A stretch of 12,542 nt of DNA from Candidatus Krumholzibacteriia bacterium (GCA_046754105.1 JBHHVD010000089.1:1-12542), one strand, 5' to 3'. Shown: positions 1 to 8,246, counted from the first letter of the stretch. Notes: generated from the sequence alone by a model not told the origin. Program-made: numbers and translations.

Positions 1-1
1 G

Positions 2-682
2 CAGGTCTACGGAGCGGTGCTCGATACGGTGTACTGGGTGGAGGATTGGGTGACTCGCGAGATAAACGCCGTCACCGACAATCCGCTCATCTTTGCCGGC
101 GACGGGGACGTGCTCTCCGGCGGCAATTTCCACGGTGAGCACATGGCCATCGCGCTCGATGCGCTCGCCATCGCCCACAGCGAACTGGGCAGCATCTCCG
201 AACGGCGTACCGACAAGTTGCTGGACAGCGACAGCGAAAAGCTGCCGCAGTGCTTGATCCGGGATCCGGGTTTGAACTCCGGCTTGATGGTTACGCAGTA
301 CCTTGCCGCGTCGCTGGTGAGCGAAAACAAGGTCTACGCCCACCCCGCGTCGGTGGACTCGATCCCGACGTCGGCCGGTTTCGAAGACCACGTCAGTATG
401 GGCAGCATCTCGGCGTTCAAGCTGGAGAAGATCTCCAGGAACGTGCAGAAGATATTGGCGGTGGAGCTCGTGTGCGGCGCGCAGGCGCTGGATTTCCATC
501 GGCCGCTCAAGGGCGGGCGCGGGACCGAGGCGGCCCACGCGTTCATCCGCCGGCATGTACCCTTTATCGAGCAGGACGCGGTTCTCAGCGACTACTTGCA
601 GAGCATGGAGGCTGCGGTAGAGGACGGTTCGTTGATGCGGGCGGTTGAGTCCACGCTCGCAACCCGGCTTCTCGACGAATAA
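2..682 (+). CDS. hutH: Histidine ammonia-lyase (histidase), 3' part; gene begins upstream of the window
   Basis: The frame is open from base 2 (QVYGAVLD...). HAL/PAL-family motifs are present: [45 protein letters not shown]. It lies directly upstream of urocanase. Confidence 0.96.
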   Translation, partial: QVYGAVLDTVYWVEDWVTREINAVTDNPLIFAGDGDVLSGGNFHGEHMAIALDALAIAHSELGSISERRTDKLLDSDSEKLPQCLIRDPGLNSGLMVTQYLAASLVSENKVYAHPASVDSIPTSAGFEDHVSMGSISAFKLEKISRNVQKILAVELVCGAQALDFHRPLKGGRGTEAAHAFIRRHVPFIEQDAVLSDYLQSMEAAVEDGSLMRAVESTLATRLLDE

Positions 683-690
683 CGGGGGGA

Positions 691-2367
691 ATGAAGATGT
701 CGATCGATCTGAAGAACAGAAAAGTTCGCGCGCCGCGCGGTGCCGCCATGAGCTGTAAGGGCTGGGCGCAAGAGGCCGCCCTGCGCATGCTGTGCAACAA
801 TCTGGATCCGGATGTGGCCGAAGACCCCAAGAATCTCGTCGTCTACGGCGGCAGCGGCAAGGCGGCACGAAACTGGGCGTGTTTCGAAAGTATCGTACAC
901 CACCTCCGGAAGCTCGAGAACGACGAGACCCTGCTCGTTCAATCGGGCAAGCCCGTTGCCGTATTCCCGACCCATCCGGGTGCGCCCCGCGTACTCATCG
1001 CCAACTCGCTCCTCGTTCCACGCTGGGCCACCTGGGAACACTTCTGGGAGCTGGAGGCCAAGGGCCTGATGATGTTTGGCCAGATGACGGCGGGAAGCTG
1101 GATGTACATCGGTACGCAGGGCATCCTCCAGGGCACGTACGAGACGTTCGCCGCGTGCGCCGACAAGCACTTCGGCGGCACGCTGCAGGGAAGGGTGGTG
1201 CTCACCGGCGGACTGGGGGGCATGGGTGGTGCGCAGCCGCTCGCTGTAACGATGAACGGGGGCGTGTGCATCGCGGTCGAAGTCGACCCGGAACGAATTC
1301 GGAGACGGCTCGACACGCGTTACGTGGACCTCATGGTCGAGGGCATCGACGAGGCGCTCGCTCGTGCGGAGGAAGCGAGCAAACGCGGAGAGCCGTTGTC
1401 GATCGGGCTTGTGGGCAACGCCTGCGAGGTCTTTCCGGAAATCCTCTCCCGTGGCCCGAAGATCGACGTCGTTACCGACCAGACTTCGGCGCATGACGCG
1501 CTCAACGGCTACGTACCCGGTGGAGTGACGCTGGAGGAGGCCCGCGCGCTCCGCGGGCAGGACCCTGAATCCTACGTCTCGCGGGCCATGAGTTCGATGG
1601 CCGCGCACGTCGAAGCGATGGTCGGTTTCCAGGCGAATGGCTCGGTCGTTTTCGATTACGGCAACAACATACGCGGCCAGGCGCAGAAAGGGGGCTACGA
1701 GGATGCGTTCGCGTTCCCCGGGTTCGTCCCGGCGTTCGTTCGTCCCCTGTTCTGTGAAGGGAGCGGGCCCTTCCGCTGGATTGCGCTGTCCGGCGATCCG
1801 AAAGATATCGCCGTCACCGATGACCTGATCCTCGAAGTCTTCCCCAGGAAGGAATCGCTGCGTCGCTGGATACGGTTGGCCCGGGAACGGGTGGCCTTCC
1901 AGGGCCTGCCGTCGCGTATATGCTGGCTCAAGTACGGTGAGCGTGCGGAGTTCGGTCTGGCGCTCAACGAAGAGGTCAAGCGGGGCCGGATCAGCGCACC
2001 CATCGTGATCGGCCGCGATCACCTGGACAGCGGCTCGGTGGCCAGCCCGTTCCGCGAGACGGAGGGTATGCGGGACGGCAGCGACGCCGTGGCCGACTGG
2101 CCGATCCTCAACGCCCTTCTCAACGCGGTAAATGGTGCCGCGTGGGTGTCGGTTCACCACGGAGGCGGGGTTGGAATCGGCCTCGCCATACACGCCGGGC
2201 TCGCGGTGGTCGCGGACGGAAGTTCCGAAAACGCAAGCAAGTTACGGCGGTGTCTCACCGGAGACCCTGGCATAGGGATTGCAAGACACGCCGACGCTGG
2301 CTACGAAACAGCCAAGGACAATGCGCGAAAGCACGGCGTGAAAGTCCCGTTTCTGGGGGACGACTAA
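691..2367 (+). CDS. hutU: Urocanate hydratase (urocanase)
   Basis: 558-aa ORF with urocanase motifs [84 protein letters not shown] and [10 protein letters not shown]. The G-rich RBS at 684-689 is better spaced to the in-frame ATG at 697, which may be the true start. Confidence 0.98.
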   Translation: MKMSIDLKNRKVRAPRGAAMSCKGWAQEAALRMLCNNLDPDVAEDPKNLVVYGGSGKAARNWACFESIVHHLRKLENDETLLVQSGKPVAVFPTHPGAPRVLIANSLLVPRWATWEHFWELEAKGLMMFGQMTAGSWMYIGTQGILQGTYETFAACADKHFGGTLQGRVVLTGGLGGMGGAQPLAVTMNGGVCIAVEVDPERIRRRLDTRYVDLMVEGIDEALARAEEASKRGEPLSIGLVGNACEVFPEILSRGPKIDVVTDQTSAHDALNGYVPGGVTLEEARALRGQDPESYVSRAMSSMAAHVEAMVGFQANGSVVFDYGNNIRGQAQKGGYEDAFAFPGFVPAFVRPLFCEGSGPFRWIALSGDPKDIAVTDDLILEVFPRKESLRRWIRLARERVAFQGLPSRICWLKYGERAEFGLALNEEVKRGRISAPIVIGRDHLDSGSVASPFRETEGMRDGSDAVADWPILNALLNAVNGAAWVSVHHGGGVGIGLAIHAGLAVVADGSSENASKLRRCLTGDPGIGIARHADAGYETAKDNARKHGVKVPFLGDD

Positions 2368-2441
2368 AACACCAGGACGACGTCCGTCAGCCGGACGATT
2401 CACCCGGCGACCGAGAAGGGTTCACACGCGAGGAGCGGTGT

Positions 2442-3713
2442 TTGAAGAGAGACGCGGACCTTCTGGTACGAAACTGCGGTCAACTGCTGACAATGAAACA
2501 TGAACCGCGGCGCCCCCGGCGCGGAGCGGCGCTCGCGGACGTCGGCCTCGTTACCAACGGCACCCTCGCCGCCTTCCAGGGCCGGATCGTCGACGCGGGC
2601 CCCGGGGACAGCCTCCAAAGCACGATCCAGCCCGTCGCCGGCTGCCGCGAGGTCGACGCGGGCCGGGCGGTGGTCATGCCCGGCTTCGTGGATTCCCACA
2701 CGCACACCGTCTTCGCGGCCCACCGGCTCGAGGAGTACAAGAAAAGGGTATTGGGGGTTCCCTATGCGGAAATCGCGAAAGAGGGGGGCGGAATCGCAAA
2801 AAGCGTATCCGACGTGCGCTCGATGGACGAGCGTACCCTCTTCGAGGTGAGCCGGAACCGGCTGCAGAACTGCATACGGTATGGTTCTACAACTATAGAA
2901 CTCAAAAGCGGTTACGGTCTTAATCTCGACAATGAATTGAAGCAATTGCGCGTCATTCGCGACCTGGCGGCGGAATCCCCCGCGCTCATCGTCCCCACGT
3001 TTCTGGGCGCCCACGGCGTGCCGGAGGAATACCTCCACCGCCGGGAGGACTATATCTCGACGCTCATAAACGAAATGATTCCAACGGTCGCCGGACAGCG
3101 TCTGGCGGAGCACAACGACGTTTTTTGCGAAATAGGGGTCTTCGGCGTAGAGGAAGCGGAACGGATTTTGCGGGCAGGTGTGGCGGCGGGTCTGAAAGGT
3201 CGTGTCCACGCGGACGAATTGAACGATACAGGCGCAGCAGAAATGGCGGTGCGTGTGGGCGCGGTCTCGGCGGATCACCTGACTAAAATCAGCCGGCGCG
3301 GCATTACCCGCATGGCGGATTCGTCCGTCATCGGTGTGCTGTTGCCCGGAACGAGTTTCGGGCTGCCCTCCCTTGATTTTGCTCCCGCTCGCGAGATGGT
3401 GGAGCACGGGATGGCGATTGCGATCGCGTCGGATTTCAACCCCGGCAGCTCGCCGAGCGAGTCGATGCCGATGATGATTGCGATAGCGTGCTCGCACATG
3501 GGTTTGTCCCCAGAAGAGGCCATCAGCGCGGCGACGTACAACGCGTCTTTTGTCGTCGAGCGTTCGGACGCCGTGGGGAGCCTGGAAGCCGGGAAGAGGG
3601 CCGACTTTTTGATTCTCGAGTGCGGCGACTACAGGGAAATCCCGTACCGGTTCGGGATAAACCCGGTCGCCCGCGTTTTTGTCGAGGGCCGCGAATGGGC
3701 GCCCTCTGCGTAG
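2442..3713 (+). CDS. hutI: Imidazolonepropionase
   Basis: Amidohydrolase motifs PGFVDSHTH, GGGI, TTIELKSGYGL, TFLGAH, DVFCE, HADE, SADHL and ASDFNPGSSP. The start is re-assigned to TTG at 2442, after AGGAG at 2431-2435; the ORF-track start at 2142 overlaps hutU. Confidence 0.95.
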   Translation: MKRDADLLVRNCGQLLTMKHEPRRPRRGAALADVGLVTNGTLAAFQGRIVDAGPGDSLQSTIQPVAGCREVDAGRAVVMPGFVDSHTHTVFAAHRLEEYKKRVLGVPYAEIAKEGGGIAKSVSDVRSMDERTLFEVSRNRLQNCIRYGSTTIELKSGYGLNLDNELKQLRVIRDLAAESPALIVPTFLGAHGVPEEYLHRREDYISTLINEMIPTVAGQRLAEHNDVFCEIGVFGVEEAERILRAGVAAGLKGRVHADELNDTGAAEMAVRVGAVSADHLTKISRRGITRMADSSVIGVLLPGTSFGLPSLDFAPAREMVEHGMAIAIASDFNPGSSPSESMPMMIAIACSHMGLSPEEAISAATYNASFVVERSDAVGSLEAGKRADFLILECGDYREIPYRFGINPVARVFVEGREWAPSA

Positions 3714-3740
3714 TTCGGCATTCACCTTTGGGATAACGGC

Positions 3741-5291
3741 GTGAGCAAGGCGAACCACATTCGGAAAAAGGCTCTTGATTTCGCCAAGAAGCGGCAGTGG
3801 GATCAGGCGCTCCAGCAGTACATCCGCCTTGCCGAGATTGAATCGCAGAACCCCAACGTTTTCAACGAACTGGGCGATCTCCATCTGAAAATGGGTAACA
3901 AGGGCGAGGCGTTCGCCGCTTTTCATTCGGCGATCGACGCCTATTCGCGGGTGAGCTTGTTCAACAACGCCGTCGCGGTGTGCAAGAAGATCATCCGCTT
4001 GAACCCCACCGACCACTACGTCTTCGGCAAGCTCGCCCGGCTGAGGAACCGGCAGGGGTTCAAACAGGACGCGGCAAAGTATGCCATGAACTTCCTGGAC
4101 CTGGTGTGTGAGGACGAGCGGATCAACCCCGATGACCTCAAGGAACAGGTCACCCAGATGGGTGAAGAGATCCACCACGCGCCCGACGTGCTGGAAAGGA
4201 TTGCCGAGTACCTGACGAAATGGGAGTTCAAGGAGGAAGCGGCGGCCGTGCTCGCCAGGCTGGCTGCCGCGTATACCTCCGCGGGCATGGAGAACAAGAG
4301 CAAGGAGACGAAGGCGCGGCTTGCCGGGTTGGGTGCCGCGGGTGAGGCGGCGGCTGCCGCGAGTGAAGCAAGCGCACCCGATGAACCGGCGCGGGAAGAC
4401 CCCGCACCGAAAGTCGCCCCGCAAGGCGCGGCACTATCCGGGCTCGAAAACCATCGCGTCGATCTCGACCCGTCCGTTGTCCGCACCGCAGGCGCGCCGA
4501 CGCCCGACTCCGAAACCTCGTCCCCGGCGGGGGCGCCCGCGGCGGTGGCGGAACCCGATGCCGGACCGAACACTGCCACGCGGACGGCCACGGAAGAGGT
4601 GGAAGAACCCTCGCCGCCGGCCCCCTCCGGCCCGCCGCCGGCAGGCCCCGATGTAACCGAAGTGATCGACGCGCGCCCCGCGGAGCCCCGGCCAAGCCCG
4701 CCACCTCCGGCCGCCGCGGACGCGCCCGAATCAGGCGACCCCGACCCCCGCCCGCAAGGCGGGGGCGAGAACGCCGCGGCGGGGTTGGCAGAAGACGAGG
4801 TGTGGGTGCCGCAAGAGGAGCTCCCGGATGAACTCCGCAAGGGAGATGGCGAAGCCCCCGGCGAGGTGGTCAACGTTGCGGACATCGTCAGCCAGTTCGA
4901 CGCGAAGGTCAAAGCCGACGTCGACATGGAGGACTACCGCAGCCACTACGATCTGGGCATGGCCTACCTGGAAATGGACTTGCTGCCGGAGGCCATCCGC
5001 GAATTTCAATTCGCGTCGAACTCGAGCCTCTACCAGGTGAGATGTCTGGAGATGATCGGGTTGTGTTTCCTCAAGCAGAATCAGGCTCGGCTCGCCATCA
5101 AGCAGCTCGAGAAGGGACTCGACCTCGTGGATGAGGGCGACCGCGATTCGCTCGGGCTTCAGTACAATCTGGGGCTCGCGTATGAAATGACCGGTGACGA
5201 GGAAAAGGCCCGCATGTGTTTCGAAGACGTGTACGTAGTGGACGTGACGTTCCGGGATGTCAGCGAAAAGATAAAGAAATACACGTCGTAG
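3741..5291 (+). CDS. Tetratricopeptide-repeat protein, SgmX-like (N-terminal TPRs, low-complexity linker, C-terminal TPRs)
   Basis: N-terminal TPR-like helices (WDQALQQY...NPNVFNELGDLHLKMGNKGEAF; AVAVCKKIIRLNP), a roughly 170-aa Pro/Ala/Glu-rich linker, and C-terminal TPRs (SHYDLGMAYLEMDLLPEAIREFQ; LQYNLGLAYEMTGDEEKA; FRDV). GTG start; no signal peptide is visible. Confidence 0.85.
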   Translation: MSKANHIRKKALDFAKKRQWDQALQQYIRLAEIESQNPNVFNELGDLHLKMGNKGEAFAAFHSAIDAYSRVSLFNNAVAVCKKIIRLNPTDHYVFGKLARLRNRQGFKQDAAKYAMNFLDLVCEDERINPDDLKEQVTQMGEEIHHAPDVLERIAEYLTKWEFKEEAAAVLARLAAAYTSAGMENKSKETKARLAGLGAAGEAAAAASEASAPDEPAREDPAPKVAPQGAALSGLENHRVDLDPSVVRTAGAPTPDSETSSPAGAPAAVAEPDAGPNTATRTATEEVEEPSPPAPSGPPPAGPDVTEVIDARPAEPRPSPPPPAAADAPESGDPDPRPQGGGENAAAGLAEDEVWVPQEELPDELRKGDGEAPGEVVNVADIVSQFDAKVKADVDMEDYRSHYDLGMAYLEMDLLPEAIREFQFASNSSLYQVRCLEMIGLCFLKQNQARLAIKQLEKGLDLVDEGDRDSLGLQYNLGLAYEMTGDEEKARMCFEDVYVVDVTFRDVSEKIKKYTS

Positions 5292-5321
5292 TGCCTCTCG
5301 GGTGTCCCTGGCCTGCGGATT

Positions 5322-5348
5322 GTCGTTGACGGAGCCCCCGTCATCGAC
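5322..5348. repeat. Inverted repeat (possible operator or hairpin)
   Basis: GTCGTTGACGG-agccc-CCGTCATCGAC: 11-bp arms with one mismatch and a 5-nt loop. Confidence 0.6.
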
Positions 5349-5354
5349 TAGCCT
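5326..5354 (+). promoter_or_regulatory. Candidate sigma70-type promoter for the S-component/barrel/ComEA cassette
   Basis: TTGACG (5326-5331), a 17-bp spacer, then TAGCCT (5349-5354), in the intergenic region downstream of the TPR gene. Confidence 0.5.
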
Positions 5355-5435
5355 TGCCCTGCTGTGTATCGCCGTTCGTCCGTCCCCGGTGCAGCCGTGG
5401 GAGTCCGCAAGGTTCTCACACCGACAAACCCCCTC

Positions 5436-5981
5436 ATGAGAGAGACACGCAAAGCCCTCCTGGCGAGCCTGATGGTTGCGCTCACGGTTTCCCTGGGATA
5501 CGCCCTCGCGGGCATTCCCAACGTGGAACTGATGACGCTCTCTGTATTCACAGCCGGTTATTTGCTCGGCGCCGGATACGGCGCCGTGGTCGGGGTCACC
5601 TCCATCACGCTGCACTCCGTTTTCAACCCGTTGGGAACGGCTCTGCCACCGCTTCTCGCGGCCCAGATAGCGGGATTCGCGCTGATCGGAGTAGCGGGGG
5701 CGTGGCCGGGGAGAGTGATTGCCCGCATGGACAAGAGATGGCCGGCGTTTGTGCTCAGCGGCGCCGTTGGTCTTGTGCTCACCTTGACCTACGACGTACT
5801 GACAAACGTCGGAGCGTTTTACACCGTGACCGGGGAATACGCGCCCTCGAATCTGTTTGCGTTTGTCGGTGCGGGTGTCGCCTTCACCGTGATGCACCTG
5901 GTGTGGAACACCGGCCTGTTCTTTGCGGCGTTGAAACCGGCGTTAAACGTTTTTTCCCGCTTTCGGGGCGAGCTGGGGTAG
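5436..5981 (+). CDS. ECF transporter substrate-binding S component, CbrT-like (putative vitamin/cobalamin uptake)
   Basis: About 181 aa and highly hydrophobic, with 5-6 predicted TM helices. It has the IPNVELMT motif, the S-component-like pattern G.LLG...GAVVG, and SVFNPLG. ATG 5436 is preferred over the ORF-track start at 5364 because the hydrophobic domain begins just after it; no clear RBS. Confidence 0.8.
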   Translation: MRETRKALLASLMVALTVSLGYALAGIPNVELMTLSVFTAGYLLGAGYGAVVGVTSITLHSVFNPLGTALPPLLAAQIAGFALIGVAGAWPGRVIARMDKRWPAFVLSGAVGLVLTLTYDVLTNVGAFYTVTGEYAPSNLFAFVGAGVAFTVMHLVWNTGLFFAALKPALNVFSRFRGELG

Positions 5982-5984
5982 GAT

Positions 5985-7829
5985 ATGGCCATGCGGGTGC
6001 AGGGTATCGCGATATGGTTCCTTTGGGCGATGGCGGCCCACCCGGTGGCCGCCGTCCCGCAAGTAGCCGGTGACTCGACGCACGTCGTGCCGGTTGCCGC
6101 GGCACCTCCCGCGGTCAGGTTCCTTTTCAGCCCGTTCGATACCATCGCTGGGACCGACTACTCTCGGACCCACTCACTATCCCTCGGTCATTATCTCGAG
6201 TTCGTTCCCGGGTATTTCCTCGAGCGGTTGGGCCCGATAGGCGCCGATGCCGCGTTCTCACGCTATGCAATCGGAGGCGGCAGGGGTGCCGTGTACCTGG
6301 GCCGGGTACTGCTGAACGACCCCCAAAACGACCGTGCGCCACTGGCCATGATTCCGACGACGGCCGTGGGGAGGCTGGTTCGGGACGGCAACGCGTCAGC
6401 CGCCCTGCCGACCCACTCGGATATCGAAGGCGTGCTGACAATCCTCGAGCCCGCTCCGTTGAACGGGCAACCCGCGACCGCTATCGAGGTGGCTACCGGG
6501 GATCGCGGCCTCAAACAGCGACGCGTGCGGTTTTCATCGGCGTCGGGATCGATCGGCATCGACTTCTCTTACGACGAACTCCGGAACGACGGCTACTCCT
6601 TCGACAGCCGGGGACTCGTGGGCGGCCGCGACTTCGGCAGCTCGACCTCGCGCACGCAAAGCCTCAACCTGCGTGGAAACCTGCCCGGAGGAGAAGACTA
6701 TCTTTTCGCGTTTCGACGGTTCACCAGTACGTTCCAGGGTGACCTGTCAGACATCAACAACGAGCAGAGGCGAAACGGGCATTACGGAATGCTTCAGAGT
6801 TCGGTGCGCGGGATCGAATTGACGGCGTACGAACGCGGGTACGAGGTAACGACACCGGACTCGCTGACACGAAATCAAACGACGGCACTCGTGCTCAATT
6901 TTCCCGTGTTCCGGGGCAACGGTGAGAGTTTCACCTTGGGCCTCGCCTACGAAGACATTGTCTCGAGGCAGGAGGTGGGAGGGGGATTGTCCGACGACCG
7001 GCTACAAGAGGGATCCATAGGTGCAAGCGGCAGGCTTCGGCTCGGCGCCGGTTTCGGGGCGGCGTACGGGTTGAATATGGCGCACCAGTTCAACCGTTCG
7101 TCGGAGTGGGGTGCGCGCGCCAGTGTGGCGCGGCGGTTGGGGGCCGGCCACGTTGTGACCGTACAGGCACGGCGGAGTTTCCGTCTTCCCAACCTCGGCG
7201 AGCTGTTCCTGCCCGTGCACGCGGCGGCCGGTTCTCCCGGAACCAATGTAGGCGGAAACCGCGACCTGGATGGGGAAACCGCCCTGGAACTGCGGGGACT
7301 GCTGTATGACCGTATCGGAGTTTTCGAGAACGAGATTCGTGGCGGCGTGATGCGCGTCGACGAAGCGATCACGCCATCGGGAAGTTCATTCGTGACCCTG
7401 CGGAACGGTTCGCCACGAACGCTGCGGTTCGTCGAGGATCGAATTCGAAGCAGTGGCTCCTGGCGCGGGGTCGACCTCGCCGTGACGGGCGCGGCGGAGT
7501 ACACAACGGGGGACAAGGCCGGGTTCTTTGAACTCGTCCCGGACTACCGATTGTCGGCGTCCCTCAAGGTGGGGCGGCCGTTCTTCAAGAACACCAGCAG
7601 CCTTTTCGTGACGACGCAGTATCAATACAACGACTCGCGAACGCTAGCCGCCGGCGGCAAGTTGGGCTCCTTCGGGGTTCTCAACGTCCGGGCCGATGCG
7701 CGCCTCGTCAGCGCGCAGCTCTACGTGCTGTGGCTGAACGCCCTCGATAAACGGTACCAGACGATTTCCCCATACTTGATGACCCCGCGCACGGTGGTGT
7801 TCGGGGTGTCGTGGACTTTTCTCAACTAG
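5985..7829 (+). CDS. Outer-membrane beta-barrel protein with a degenerate TonB-dependent receptor plug (TBDR-like / putative porin)
   Basis: N-terminal signal peptide (…IAIWFLWAMAAHPVAA). Plug-like segment SLGHYLEFVPG…VYLGRVLLNDP…LAMIP…GVLTI. Amphipathic beta-strands. TBDR-type motifs RSFRLPNLGELF, GNRDLDGE and NALDKRY. C-terminal aromatic strand PRTVVFGVSWTFLN. ATG 5991 is better spaced from AGGA at 5980-5983. Confidence 0.8.
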   Translation: MAMRVQGIAIWFLWAMAAHPVAAVPQVAGDSTHVVPVAAAPPAVRFLFSPFDTIAGTDYSRTHSLSLGHYLEFVPGYFLERLGPIGADAAFSRYAIGGGRGAVYLGRVLLNDPQNDRAPLAMIPTTAVGRLVRDGNASAALPTHSDIEGVLTILEPAPLNGQPATAIEVATGDRGLKQRRVRFSSASGSIGIDFSYDELRNDGYSFDSRGLVGGRDFGSSTSRTQSLNLRGNLPGGEDYLFAFRRFTSTFQGDLSDINNEQRRNGHYGMLQSSVRGIELTAYERGYEVTTPDSLTRNQTTALVLNFPVFRGNGESFTLGLAYEDIVSRQEVGGGLSDDRLQEGSIGASGRLRLGAGFGAAYGLNMAHQFNRSSEWGARASVARRLGAGHVVTVQARRSFRLPNLGELFLPVHAAAGSPGTNVGGNRDLDGETALELRGLLYDRIGVFENEIRGGVMRVDEAITPSGSSFVTLRNGSPRTLRFVEDRIRSSGSWRGVDLAVTGAAEYTTGDKAGFFELVPDYRLSASLKVGRPFFKNTSSLFVTTQYQYNDSRTLAAGGKLGSFGVLNVRADARLVSAQLYVLWLNALDKRYQTISPYLMTPRTVVFGVSWTFLN

Positions 7830-7853
7830 GCGGGCCGTTTCTCCGGGAGGCGT

Positions 7854-8246
7854 GTGGTGCGCAGGGTGGTGGGTGCCCTCATAGTGCTGGCCCTGGCTCT
7901 CCTGTCGCACCGGGATGAACTTTCCCTGCGGGCATTACGTTTTTCCGCAGCGCCACCCGAATCAACCTTCGCCTCCGTCCATCGCAGCGGCCCCGCTCGG
8001 AGCGGGCGTCCGGTTGCGAACAAAGTGCCGGATTCGTACTTCGAAAACCCCCTCGGATTCCTTTCCTCCGCACCCGTCGACTCGCTCGTTCTCCTGCCCG
8101 GGATTGGTCCGGTAATTGCTGAAAGGCTCGCTAGTGCACGGAGCGGCAAAAGGTTGTTCACTCAGTGGGAGGATCTTTTGATCATCAAGGGCATCGGGCC
8201 GAAAAAACTCCACCGACTTCGCACACTTGCTTCAAAACACAATTGA
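7854..8246 (+). CDS. ComEA-like helix-hairpin-helix DNA-binding protein with an N-terminal membrane anchor or signal peptide
   Basis: Two HhH motifs (LLPGIGPVIAERL; IKGIGPKKL) joined by FTQWEDL. The hydrophobic N-terminus is RRVVGALIVLALALL. RBS GGGAGG at 7845-7850, with a GTG start at 7854 or 7857. Confidence 0.85.
   Translation: MVRRVVGALIVLALALLSHRDELSLRALRFSAAPPESTFASVHRSGPARSGRPVANKVPDSYFENPLGFLSSAPVDSLVLLPGIGPVIAERLASARSGKRLFTQWEDLLIIKGIGPKKLHRLRTLASKHN

Noticed and set aside
592..2193. 533-aa minus-strand ORF opposite hutU
   Set aside because: It is an antisense shadow of a well-conserved high-GC gene, with no recognisable domain.
2381..2397. Hairpin CGTCCG-tcagc-CGGACG between hutU and hutI
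   Set aside because: It has only a 6-bp stem and no U-tract, which is not enough to call a terminator or operator.
2142..2441. 100-aa N-terminal extension of HutI given by the ORF track
   Set aside because: It overlaps the end of hutU in another frame and reads as Arg-rich off-frame sequence. A good RBS and TTG are present at 2431-2444.
2400..4424. 674-aa minus-strand ORF spanning hutI and the TPR gene
   Set aside because: Shadow ORF: both + strand genes share a frame, so the antisense frame stays open. No family motifs are visible.
5292..5435. Canonical cobalamin riboswitch upstream of the S-component
   Set aside because: The B12-box and conserved GGGAA / GCCACTG elements could not be found, and the region is short. 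It is reported only as an unclassified structured leader.
4731..5897. 388-aa minus-strand ORF and the overlapping 239-aa + strand ORF (5354-6073)
   Set aside because: Both overlap better-supported genes and have composition typical of non-coding frames.
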